IMG/VR virus record: IMGVR_UViG_3300027851_000024
Location: 1,035-65,034 of that record
Direction: 5' to 3' (one strand)
From: a virus
Lineage: Duplodnaviria > Caudoviricetes
Length of the DNA: 64,000 nt
The notes beneath the pieces were generated by a model. That model had not been told where the DNA came from. It ran no database searches and saw only the letters and a program-made list of their open reading frames with translations. Shown here in pieces: positions 1-9,002 of the stretch; position 1 is the first letter of the stretch, and each line of letters starts with the position of its first letter. The translations under genes were made by a program, and so were the position numbers.

Positions 1-1463
1 ATATTAATGATCTCAGAATGTCTGGCAGAATCCAGGCAGAGGATGAAAAAACAGTTAGGGACATTCTTGATGCTAGGTTCCATGAGCATGGAACTACAGG
101 GCCAATTAATGCCTACAAAAATATGGCATACATTGACGTAATGGGATCACCATTGTCTGCGCTGACACAAATAGGTGATCTTGCCTGGGCGATGTATGTT
201 GGTAAGGTATGGACACCAAGAGGCTTAGCTAATACGATTAAGAATGTTGGCAAGGCAACATCAGGATCTTTCAGAAACTCTAAATATCTTGGAGGGATTT
301 ATAAAACTTTTGGAGGTTCTAAAATAACTAAGGAAGACTTAGGAATTGAAAGGATCGCTCAGGAGTTTGCAGACGGAACGACACTTGGCAATGCAGTAAG
401 TTGGGTATTCAAAAAAGTACAGCTTGAACGCATAGATTCGATTGGCAAGGAGACATTGATCAACAATGCATTTGATAATTACAAAGTTATGGCTAGCACA
501 GAGGCAGGCAGAACAGAATTGTTGAAGCAACTCAAGCCTATATTTGGCACACAATCAGAGAGTGTAATAAATGATCTGCTTGCAGGTAATTCGACTGACA
601 ATGTGAAGATGTTGCTGTACCATAGGTTGCTTGACTTCCAGCCAGTTGCTTTGTCAGAAATGCCAGAACAATACCTTAAGTCTGGGAATGGTCGAGTGTT
701 TTATATGCTCAAGACATACACAATCAAGCAGTTTGATGTATTCAGGAATGAGGCTTGGCATAAAATTAAGACAGGTGAAAAGGATCAAGTTATTGAAGGA
801 ATTGGGAACATGATTAAGCTGGTAAGTTTACTTACACTTGCCAATGCTGGAGCGGATGAATTAAAAGACTTTCTGCTGGGCAAAGATGTGAAGTTTGAAG
901 ATCACGTGATTGAAAACTTCCTTACTATGGGCGGAGCCTCAAAGTATGTCCGGATGCAAACGACTAGGGAAGGTTTAGGAAGTGGACTTGCCGGCCAGAT
1001 TTTGCCACCATTCAGATTCATAAACTCCATCAGTAAGGATCTTGGCCAAGGTTATGGTGATTACATTGCCGGTGATACAATTAATTTTGACAACACAAGA
1101 ATTGTAGAATCCATTCCGATCGCTGGCAAGATTTATTATTGGCATTACGGCAGGGGAGAGGATTACAAGAAGAGTAGTAACGAGCAAGAGTTTACTAATG
1201 TCGGAAAAGAAGTAAAGCTATTTAAGAGGCAGCTTGAAAATGTTGAAGACAAGCGAACTTTTTTGAACTCCAACATTGATAAGTTCAAGCAAATGAAGCT
1301 GCATGAAAATTTTCAAGCCTCTTTGAATCGGAACCAGGCAGTAATTAATAAGTTGAAAGAAATTGAACAGACAACGAATGTGAGGGAAAGACTTGGACAG
1401 TTGCAGCAACAACGAGAGATGTTGTTGAACAAGTATTTTGAGGTTGCAGCTGGGTTGCAGTAA
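1..1463 (+). CDS. C-terminal part of a large virion/ejection protein (5'-truncated; probably the end of the giant ORF starting at 58847)
   Basis: Frame is open from position 3 (INDLRM...), so the gene starts before the window; helical, Gly-rich membrane-like segments; followed by a terminator facing the convergent arm. Confidence 0.6.
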   Translation, partial: INDLRMSGRIQAEDEKTVRDILDARFHEHGTTGPINAYKNMAYIDVMGSPLSALTQIGDLAWAMYVGKVWTPRGLANTIKNVGKATSGSFRNSKYLGGIYKTFGGSKITKEDLGIERIAQEFADGTTLGNAVSWVFKKVQLERIDSIGKETLINNAFDNYKVMASTEAGRTELLKQLKPIFGTQSESVINDLLAGNSTDNVKMLLYHRLLDFQPVALSEMPEQYLKSGNGRVFYMLKTYTIKQFDVFRNEAWHKIKTGEKDQVIEGIGNMIKLVSLLTLANAGADELKDFLLGKDVKFEDHVIENFLTMGGASKYVRMQTTREGLGSGLAGQILPPFRFINSISKDLGQGYGDYIAGDTINFDNTRIVESIPIAGKIYYWHYGRGEDYKKSSNEQEFTNVGKEVKLFKRQLENVEDKRTFLNSNIDKFKQMKLHENFQASLNRNQAVINKLKEIEQTTNVRERLGQLQQQREMLLNKYFEVAAGLQ

Positions 1464-1476
1464 GCAAGATTGATAG

Positions 1477-1510
1477 TGCCAGAACTTACAAGACATCGTA
1501 GGTTCTGGCA
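1477..1510. terminator. Hairpin between convergent transcription units (likely bidirectional terminator)
   Basis: TGCCAGAACTTAC / GTAGGTTCTGGCA inverted repeat between the stop at 1463 (+) and the stop at 1530 (-). Confidence 0.7.
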
Positions 1511-1529
1511 TTGTTAATTACTCTACAAA

Positions 1530-2075
1530 CTATGGAGTAATCTCAAATAAAATGTTAGCTGGATTATATTTCTTTACATAATACTTTCCGCATGGCTTAG
1601 GCTCACAGCAATATCCTCCACGATATACACAGTTTGGCACCATGTAAAGGCTGAGATATTCATCAACCTTTTCTACCTCCTTACGAATCTCAAGCATAAT
1701 ATCTCTAGTCTCATCACTGGCCTGATAGCAGAGACGCTTACGACTCATATCGATAAGATGCTGAGCATTCAGAAGCATCCTGTGATTGACTGGAGAATTT
1801 CGAGTGATTACTTCATCACCTGCGCCACCACGATCAGGTCGATTACTCATGACATAATGCTGCTGCCCAACTGCTGCATGTCTCACCAGGTGGACACTTA
1901 CCTTAGTTGGAATGTCTTGCATGGTGATCCAGAACATCTGGGTTCTGCTTGGACTATGTTCCCATTGATACAGCTGGGCTAGGTTACACTTAGCTGTAAA
2001 GCCAGCGTGCATTGTAGATTCAATAGCTAGGTGGGCATCTTCAAGAGTAGTTATTTTCGTAGCTGTTATCTTCAT
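1530..2075 (-). CDS. thyX: Flavin-dependent thymidylate synthase (ThyX/Thy1-like)
   Basis: EHSPSR, HLVRH...SNRPDR and RLC motifs typical of short phage ThyX proteins. Confidence 0.75.
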   Translation of the reverse strand: MKITATKITTLEDAHLAIESTMHAGFTAKCNLAQLYQWEHSPSRTQMFWITMQDIPTKVSVHLVRHAAVGQQHYVMSNRPDRGGAGDEVITRNSPVNHRMLLNAQHLIDMSRKRLCYQASDETRDIMLEIRKEVEKVDEYLSLYMVPNCVYRGGYCCEPKPCGKYYVKKYNPANILFEITP

Positions 2076-2104
2076 CTTACACCCTCCAGGTGCATTTAAT
2101 CACT

Positions 2105-2311
2105 TCAGCTTTTACATTCAGGCTCGACAGCATTGCCAGTTGTAATAACTAACTTTTTTGGCTTCTTAGGAAGGATCTTAAAGCTAGGATTGCCAAGAGC
2201 TACGTTCAGTCGCTTAACCATCCCAGCCAGCCAGTCTCCATGAGTGGAAAACCGCATTACTTCGCATTCGTCCAGAGCGTTCTGGAGATCTAGTTCAGTT
2301 AATTTTTTCAT
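2105..2311 (-). CDS. Hypothetical protein
   Basis: 68-aa ORF packed in the operon. Confidence 0.5.
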   Translation of the reverse strand: MKKLTELDLQNALDECEVMRFSTHGDWLAGMVKRLNVALGNPSFKILPKKPKKLVITTGNAVEPECKS

Positions 2312-2480
2312 AGTCGATGCACATAGTCACAGTAGTTACACCTTCGCCATCTAAGTTATGGTCAGGGGATTTTAGGCACCAGTTAATTCCATCGAACCAA
2401 CGGCAGGATTGACATATAAAGATTGATTCTTGGCATTCTTCAGTAAAATCAATGTAGTCATCTTCGAAGATTTCATTCAT
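2295..2480 (-). CDS. Small Cys-rich hypothetical protein
   Basis: CxxC...C...C, overlaps both neighbours. Confidence 0.5.
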   Translation of the reverse strand: MNEIFEDDYIDFTEECQESIFICQSCRWFDGINWCLKSPDHNLDGEGVTTVTMCIDYEKIN

Positions 2481-2775
2481 GATTAAGTACCCTTTTAAGC
2501 TCGGTTTCGTTTTCAGTCAGCTTAGTATGCAGCATACAGGCATAATGTGCAATTTTCATGAGGTCCATGCATTGCTGGCCGTCCCGAGAGTTCTTGCCAT
2601 ATCGATTTAGGTACTTTTTCATTTGGGTAATGAAGTCAGATTCGCTGAACTCAGAACATTGATCTTGGCCTTTATCGCCATACTGAGGAACTGTATAGGT
2701 TTCAATGTGTTGGAAGACTTGCTTAGAGAAGTCAAGCCATTCAGTTGAGCGAATAGAATAGTTGCGATCAGTCAT
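2473..2775 (-). CDS. Conserved phage protein (DUF3310-like, possibly nucleotide metabolism)
   Basis: KKYLNRYGK...DLMKIAHYA resembles the KYxxR...DLxKAxxY pattern. Confidence 0.5.
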   Translation of the reverse strand: MTDRNYSIRSTEWLDFSKQVFQHIETYTVPQYGDKGQDQCSEFSESDFITQMKKYLNRYGKNSRDGQQCMDLMKIAHYACMLHTKLTENETELKRVLNHE

Positions 2776-2777
2776 AA

Positions 2778-3410
2778 TTACTCCATACTTGAATTTAGAT
2801 TTGGCACAATAATTCCACGATCCACCAATTCAAAAAAGCATCTCTTAGTTGCAGTTATATCAGCATACGCGTCATGCGCACCATCGAAACCAGTTCCAAA
2901 TAAGTGTTCATGCAGCTCGACTAGCTTGGGCCATTTGGCACGGCCAGCCTTGTTTTTAAGGCCACACATTTTAACTACTGCCTTATCTTTCATGGTACAA
3001 TGGTTGGGAAGATCAAGATAGAAGGCAGACCGAGCTTCATCAGTCAGGTTATCAAGATTGCGCTCCATCATCTGGTAGACGTAGTTCCAATCGAAAGCAA
3101 AGTTATGACATACAACCAAGTCTGCTTGGCGAAGCAATAATCCAAATTGTTCAGCCGCTTCAAGTTCTTCAATGCCCTCAGCATCTGCACGTTCAACTGA
3201 AATACCATGCACCTCTTGAGCATAATAATTCATTGACCTACCATTAGCTTTGATGATGACATTCATTTGAGCATGTTCTTCATTCATATCTGCCAAAATC
3301 GCTCCTATCTGCACAGTCCAAGCCTGTTCTGGATCATTGGCAGACAAAGATTTTTTAATGAAGTCACTGGTTTCTGTGTCAAAGAATAGTACTTTTGTTT
3401 CAGAAGTCAT
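2778..3410 (-). CDS. DEDDh 3'-5' exonuclease (DnaQ-like)
   Basis: ExoI FFDTETS, ExoII HNFAFD, ExoIII AHDAYADI. Confidence 0.9.
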   Translation of the reverse strand: MTSETKVLFFDTETSDFIKKSLSANDPEQAWTVQIGAILADMNEEHAQMNVIIKANGRSMNYYAQEVHGISVERADAEGIEELEAAEQFGLLLRQADLVVCHNFAFDWNYVYQMMERNLDNLTDEARSAFYLDLPNHCTMKDKAVVKMCGLKNKAGRAKWPKLVELHEHLFGTGFDGAHDAYADITATKRCFFELVDRGIIVPNLNSSME

Positions 3411-4682
3411 TTAGTTCTTCTCCATTTGATTTTTCAATACATTCCTATCCATCAACCTGAACACTGTTCGGTCAAGATATGTAGGGTCTCTTTCTTTGCA
3501 TTTTCTTTTAATCGTATGATACTGACTACTGGTTATGGAATGTTCAGCCTTGACTACTCCAGCTTGTTCTGCCATTTCAAGATATCCCCTTAGCTGCTGT
3601 GGGTTTTCTACATCCAGGTGAAAGTTCCGTATTACCTCAGTCCAATCGAATACTTCTCGTGACTCGATGAAGGAAAGTAGCTTGGCATAAATGTTTGCAT
3701 TGCTGGATAAGCCTAATCCATAAAAAGCGTTTGGCATTTCTTGTTCTGTGACTTGCATGATTGCCAGGGCTTGCTCGAAATGCTCAGCCGTGATTATCAT
3801 TTCATCCGATTCGGCGGCGCTGACAAGCATACAAACCTTGTTTAGATGCAATGGTCTCCTGTGATTATAGCCTAAGAAACGATCACTTGGCACTCCAGAC
3901 TCGTCATACTCTTGCTCATACCATCGAACATAGGTCTTGAGAAAGTCTTTGCTCAGGGTGAACTGGCCAGATAGGTTGGCAATTTCCTGCAAGTCATTTT
4001 CTAACTTCTTTTGTATATCTTCCTCTTCTTCTGTCAAAAACTGCAATGCTCTTCTCTGCTTCGGGCCTTGTCCAACTACAAAGATAATCCGAGATATCAG
4101 GCCACCACCAACTGCATCTTGACTCAATTTAGATTGCAAAAGACTAGGAGTAATGCATCCAAAGATGGTCAGCCAACAATTGGATATGTCTTCAGTCTTT
4201 CTGGCTAGGGTCTTATACTTCCAAACGTCTGCACAATCGAAAAGGTCAGTCAGACTTGCGAGTAACATCTGATCTCTATCGTTCAGAAAGACTTGGAATT
4301 CTTCTGACCAGATGGATACGCTCTTATGCTTGCGGGTAAACCCAGCATGATCGACATAAGTATCTTCGCTGTCCATGAGTTCTTTATAAAGTGCCTGGGT
4401 GGAGCCTAGCGAATCTGCACCTATATTAACATCTAGCTTTTGCACAAAGCTTTTTGCTATCTTCATCGCTGTGCCTTTCCGTCCTCCCGGTGGACCGACT
4501 AATGCAAGGAACAAATTTGGATAAACATAACCTCGAAGTGCTCCCCAATTGCAATAGCACTTCCGCCGAAGAGCAGAACTAATGGCAGTTAAGCCGGACC
4601 ATAAATGGTATAGTTCTGGAGGCTCTGTTCGCTGGGTGTACTTCATATAGTATGACAGCCAATTATCTAATTGCCTCGACAT
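3411..4682 (-). CDS. DUF3987-like P-loop ATPase, putative replicative helicase partner of the polymerase
   Basis: YPNLFLALVGPPGGRKGT Walker A variant, SEEF Walker B-like, GGGLISR; next to PolA. Confidence 0.65.
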   Translation of the reverse strand: MSRQLDNWLSYYMKYTQRTEPPELYHLWSGLTAISSALRRKCYCNWGALRGYVYPNLFLALVGPPGGRKGTAMKIAKSFVQKLDVNIGADSLGSTQALYKELMDSEDTYVDHAGFTRKHKSVSIWSEEFQVFLNDRDQMLLASLTDLFDCADVWKYKTLARKTEDISNCWLTIFGCITPSLLQSKLSQDAVGGGLISRIIFVVGQGPKQRRALQFLTEEEEDIQKKLENDLQEIANLSGQFTLSKDFLKTYVRWYEQEYDESGVPSDRFLGYNHRRPLHLNKVCMLVSAAESDEMIITAEHFEQALAIMQVTEQEMPNAFYGLGLSSNANIYAKLLSFIESREVFDWTEVIRNFHLDVENPQQLRGYLEMAEQAGVVKAEHSITSSQYHTIKRKCKERDPTYLDRTVFRLMDRNVLKNQMEKN

Positions 4683-4747
4683 GGTAAAAGATTGTCCTTA
4701 TCAAGATGCTCTATGATTGCTATGGATTGCTGTCCATTTATTATCTG

Positions 4748-7700
4748 TTAAAATCCTATCTTTTCAATTGCCTTGTCTACAGACTCTTGATTGAAAATAC
4801 TTATATCTGCCGTGTTGCCAGCCCATTGAGTGCCGATCTTGGCATCCAAGCCGATTGTAAAGCTCTTACCTTTGTAAGTGAAGGTGTGGGTTAAATGATC
4901 TTTAATGATCAACAGTATCTGCACGAGATTTGGAATTTGGCTTTTGTGAAATTGAAATACAAACGAGTCATGGACAGTTGTCATGCAGCGAATGTCGAAT
5001 CCATCTTTGCCTAACCTAGGATCATTGACACATTTTATTATTCCTCGGTTAAGCAGCTCTGCGACCGTAGACTGTGGTTTATATGAATATGCATTTCTGA
5101 ATAAAGCTGCATTCATTTCACCCAAGAATCGTCTAGGTCGTCCAAACAAGTTGTAAAGAACTCGATTCTTCTGAACCTCTTCCTCGATTGAACGATGCCA
5201 TCTCTTCAATCCTGGAAAGCGATCAGAATACATGTCCAGCAGGCGTTTACATTCTGACTGACTTTTAAATATTTCCTCCGCTGCTAAATTGTCAGAAAAT
5301 GTTTGAGGTCCCATCGCATAATTGGATGCGTGCACGACCTTTTTTCCCATATACCTCATTGTGGATTTCTGATCAGACTTTTTAGTCTTAGCCTCATGAA
5401 TTACTTCTTCAATTGGAACTCCAAAGATCTTGCTGGCATTAAAAGAATGTACATCAATGCCTGACTCGAATGACTGAATCATGTTTGCATCTTGAGTAAG
5501 GTATGCAACTACGTGTGCCTCAGCCTTGGCAAGGTCACATTCGCAGAGAATCCAATCTGGATCGGCAATGAGATAATATTTGAAAATGTATGGCTGATTC
5601 TGAAGGTTCGAATTACCTGTAATCTGAATACTATTTCCATTACGAACAAGAAAGAAACTTGTTGGAGTTTGTAAGCAATATACCATTCCAGTATAATCAA
5701 ACATACTCCAATGCTGCCTGTTTACACGAGCATACTGCCGTGGTTTAATGTTAATTGAATATAATGGCTTATTGTTTCCTTGACCATAACCATTGTTATT
5801 ATCATTATCTACTCTAACAGTACAACTTTTACCAACTAGATGTACTAATGTGTTTACAATTTCTGCATTAGCCTTGTTTGTAGTATAATAAATATAACTT
5901 CTATTTCTGGTGTGTGCATCCCAATATTGAAGTTCATCAATAAAAGCTTCTTTAGCTTCTAAAGTTAAATCATACATCCAAGTTCCAAAAGTCTTTCCAG
6001 CAAAGAAAAACTTTTTGATTAAACTTGACCATTCAGATGAAATACAAAACCTTCTGTAGCCTGAAGTAGCTGATTGCTCTGTAAAGTCAATGTTTCCAGC
6101 AGCCATTAGCTGTAAGAATCTATTAATTTTTCTCGTCTTTTTAAAGGCTATTCTAATATTAGATTCTTCAATAGATCCATCTGCCTGAACCATTGCCATT
6201 AAACGAAGGAGAAGTGGTGGAAGTTCTTTAGTACCGTTGAAAGATCCACTAAGAGGTAATAACCTTTCACTAAGGTTAGCAGTTTCATAAGCTGAGTTTA
6301 CACTAAAAGTCTTATGCCCTGGATGATAAGATGGTATTCTATGATCTGCTGTATAAGCACCCATAGTTTGTTCATGCTTCAGTAACATCATTTTAGAATC
6401 ATAAAACTCTTTATGATATTTAGGAGTACACCAGGATAATTTTTTTGTTTTACTATCCCATTGCATTGCCTGCATACCATCTTTAAAATATTTTAGTGGA
6501 ATCCATCCATTAGGAGTTAATACTTCGGCTGTAGGTAATAAACATCCAGTACCAAAGTAGGTCTTTTCCGTAGCTATTCTTCCAGAAACTGTTCCAGAGA
6601 TTTTGTGGTTACATCTTAAGCGTTTATCATCATCTACTTGAATATTGAAGTAGGTAGATACCAACTTTTGATACTTCCGAATCTTGATAATGATCCTGGC
6701 TTCTGCTGAACCTTTAACATCTTTTTTTGCAATTCTGTGAAGAGCTACCGTATCACAGGTAACTGCTCCTGTTTTGCGATTCACGTATGGCTTGATCATA
6801 CAGATGCCATAGAAATATGCGACCATTTGTTTTGCAGAACCTGGGTTAAGCTCTCTACCTGCGATCTTATTCAACTCTGCTTGAAGCTCTATCAGTTTGA
6901 GTTCATACTCAGATTTGATCTTAGTAATTCCGTCGGTGTCTGTCAGGATTCCGTTGAACTCCATTTCCATTAAGGGCTTATGAAGGCTCATGGTATAATC
7001 CATAGCATCCATAGAATCGAATTCGCCTAACTCTTCGAGAAGCTTTTCTGTTATTGGCAATAGGTAGGCAGAGTCTTTGGCATTGTATGTCCAGTATTGT
7101 GGCCAGTTCTTAATGGCCTTGAGGTGGGATTGCTTTCCTTCATCCTTATAGTAGGGAAAGTAGGTATAAGTTGAAGTTAAGTAATCCAGTCCCTTGGGAA
7201 GTTCAGTGTAGCATATATGCTGAGCAAGCATGGTGTCGAAATAAAAATTATCTGTTTTAATGTTCATTGTTCTGAACGTAAACATGATGTCGAACATTCC
7301 ATTCTGACATATCTTGCCAATCTTTTCATCATTCAGGATTTCTGCTAAGCCAATCCAGATTTTCACTTCCTCTTCGGTAGACCAATAATTTCCTTGGTTG
7401 TTCATGAGCGGAACAGACATAGAGATTATTCTGTTCTCATTATATACTGCGAGCGAATAGCAAGTGATGAATTCTGGAGTTGCTTCGATGTCAAAGCCTA
7501 CGTATTGCTTGGTCTTAATTAAGGCATAGAACTGCATTATCTCTTCAAAGCTGGGCTTGATCTTAACATCTACGTTGTCAGTCAAAAGTGCCGGGTCTTC
7601 AATGATGCGAAGGGCTTTAGTAAAGTCCGCGATCATCGTATAAAAGTGGATGGGCTTGCCATACGGGAGGGTGAAAGATGGGTGATAGCTCAGGCCGATT

Positions 7701-8203
7701 ATCTTGCCAGCCAGCTTTTCTTTCAAATGTGGGAAGTCTTCGGCATGGTAAAATGAACCGCGATATTTTGTGATTGAATCAAACTTAGGTTCGTCCAGCA
7801 AGAGTCTCATTGGAGTTGCACCGAGCAACATTATGACTTTGCCAGGAAAGTGAGACAGCTCATCAATTAAGGCTGCTTGCAATTTGGACCAGTCTGGATG
7901 ACGGTAGCCTTTGTCTGTCCAAAGAACTGCGGTATTGTTTTTTGGAAACTTAGCTTTGCACGCATTGGTGAGATAGATTTTATATCTTGCAAGTCTAACT
8001 GCCGCACAGATGCGATTGAACTGAGAGCCTGTCGTACCTACAAAGGGTTCGTTTTTGATTACTTCGATCTCGCCTGGAGCTTCGCCAACCATTGCGATCT
8101 CAGCCGTGAGTATGTTGTCTGTCGGGTTGCAATCTACAGCGAGTGCATCGAAAGAACTCTCTTTCTGCTTTGTGGCTGTAGTTGATATGCTAGGGATTAT
8201 CAT
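4748..8203 (-). CDS. polA: Family A DNA polymerase with N-terminal uracil-DNA glycosylase domain, 3'-5' exonuclease and an intein
   Basis: UDG: VGEAPG, PFVG, YHPS; exo: FDIEAT, NGMFD, YNAKD; pol: SGRI..NLQN, motif A DLAKAEA, motif B RYMGKKVVHASNY, motif C TVHDS. Confidence 0.92.
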   Translation of the reverse strand: MIIPSISTTATKQKESSFDALAVDCNPTDNILTAEIAMVGEAPGEIEVIKNEPFVGTTGSQFNRICAAVRLARYKIYLTNACKAKFPKNNTAVLWTDKGYRHPDWSKLQAALIDELSHFPGKVIMLLGATPMRLLLDEPKFDSITKYRGSFYHAEDFPHLKEKLAGKIIGLSYHPSFTLPYGKPIHFYTMIADFTKALRIIEDPALLTDNVDVKIKPSFEEIMQFYALIKTKQYVGFDIEATPEFITCYSLAVYNENRIISMSVPLMNNQGNYWSTEEEVKIWIGLAEILNDEKIGKICQNGMFDIMFTFRTMNIKTDNFYFDTMLAQHICYTELPKGLDYLTSTYTYFPYYKDEGKQSHLKAIKNWPQYWTYNAKDSAYLLPITEKLLEELGEFDSMDAMDYTMSLHKPLMEMEFNGILTDTDGITKIKSEYELKLIELQAELNKIAGRELNPGSAKQMVAYFYGICMIKPYVNRKTGAVTCDTVALHRIAKKDVKGSAEARIIIKIRKYQKLVSTYFNIQVDDDKRLRCNHKISGTVSGRIATEKTYFGTGCLLPTAEVLTPNGWIPLKYFKDGMQAMQWDSKTKKLSWCTPKYHKEFYDSKMMLLKHEQTMGAYTADHRIPSYHPGHKTFSVNSAYETANLSERLLPLSGSFNGTKELPPLLLRLMAMVQADGSIEESNIRIAFKKTRKINRFLQLMAAGNIDFTEQSATSGYRRFCISSEWSSLIKKFFFAGKTFGTWMYDLTLEAKEAFIDELQYWDAHTRNRSYIYYTTNKANAEIVNTLVHLVGKSCTVRVDNDNNNGYGQGNNKPLYSINIKPRQYARVNRQHWSMFDYTGMVYCLQTPTSFFLVRNGNSIQITGNSNLQNQPYIFKYYLIADPDWILCECDLAKAEAHVVAYLTQDANMIQSFESGIDVHSFNASKIFGVPIEEVIHEAKTKKSDQKSTMRYMGKKVVHASNYAMGPQTFSDNLAAEEIFKSQSECKRLLDMYSDRFPGLKRWHRSIEEEVQKNRVLYNLFGRPRRFLGEMNAALFRNAYSYKPQSTVAELLNRGIIKCVNDPRLGKDGFDIRCMTTVHDSFVFQFHKSQIPNLVQILLIIKDHLTHTFTYKGKSFTIGLDAKIGTQWAGNTADISIFNQESVDKAIEKIGF
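5612..6544 (-). mobile_element. Intein (311 aa) with LAGLIDADG homing endonuclease inside PolA
   Basis: Starts CLLPTAEVLTPNGW, contains LMAMVQADGS, block F VYCLQT, ends ITGN followed by Ser; removal restores TG-SNLQN; DNA is more AT-rich than the flanks. Confidence 0.9.
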
Positions 8204-8213
8204 GAGTGGTCCT

Positions 8214-8483
8214 TTAAATTTTACCTTGTTTTAATCCATCTATTAGCCATTTAATTCTAAATGCAGCTTTCCATCTATCAGAAATGTAGATCATATTATC
8301 TTTTATAGATTCAATAGACTTGTATCCATAAGTATCTTCTCCACATCTAAAATCATTTTCTTCCACACTATGTTTTAAGTATAATTTTTCTAGTGTTGGA
8401 AGACATTCTAATAATCTTTTATTACCTTTTCCTCTAATATATTGACCTATTGCATAGTTAATATTAGGTGGCTTCTTTTTCAT
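8214..8483 (-). CDS. Hypothetical protein (AT-rich, probable accessory gene)
   Basis: 89-aa ORF, visibly lower GC than neighbours. Confidence 0.55.
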   Translation of the reverse strand: MKKKPPNINYAIGQYIRGKGNKRLLECLPTLEKLYLKHSVEENDFRCGEDTYGYKSIESIKDNMIYISDRWKAAFRIKWLIDGLKQGKI

Positions 8484-8749
8484 ATCCTATCCTTCGTCAA
8501 TGCTCCTGGATTCGGAGCTTTAATCTCTTGCTTACAGTCCAAACAAAGATAAGAACGAATCCGCATAACATTTGCACTAATAATGTTAATTGCAAAGTTA
8601 TAATTCGGTTCGTTCTTATAACCATTTGGCCAGCTCTTGGATGCGAAGCCTATCTCAAGAGGTACAATGTTCTTATGCAGGCAACAGTTAGATCCAGGTT
8701 CAGCCGGAGCCTTGTCGGACTTTAACTGCTCTACGGAATATTTTGACAT
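8480..8749 (-). CDS. Putative zinc-binding hypothetical protein
   Basis: CxH...CxxC. Confidence 0.55.
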   Translation of the reverse strand: MSKYSVEQLKSDKAPAEPGSNCCLHKNIVPLEIGFASKSWPNGYKNEPNYNFAINIISANVMRIRSYLCLDCKQEIKAPNPGALTKDRI

Positions 8750-8753
8750 AATT

Positions 8754-9002
8754 TTATTCCTTTTTTATATCCTCTATAAGTTCTATTATAGATCTATTAA
8801 ATCTTATATTCATAATAGAAACAAAATCATCATTAAGATCTTCTTTATGAATAGCAATTGCATTATTATATAATTTATTATTTTTATATACTCTTAAACG
8901 AATTGATATTGTATTATCATCTTGTAAGAGTAAAATTTCTCCATCATTTCCAAAATGCTCTTTTATTATATTTAATGCATCAAATAAATCGAACTTCATC
9001 AT
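8754..9002 (-). CDS. Hypothetical protein (very AT-rich)
   Basis: 82-aa ORF overlapping the MTase stop codon. Confidence 0.5.
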   Translation of the reverse strand: MMKFDLFDALNIIKEHFGNDGEILLLQDDNTISIRLRVYKNNKLYNNAIAIHKEDLNDDFVSIMNIRFNRSIIELIEDIKKE

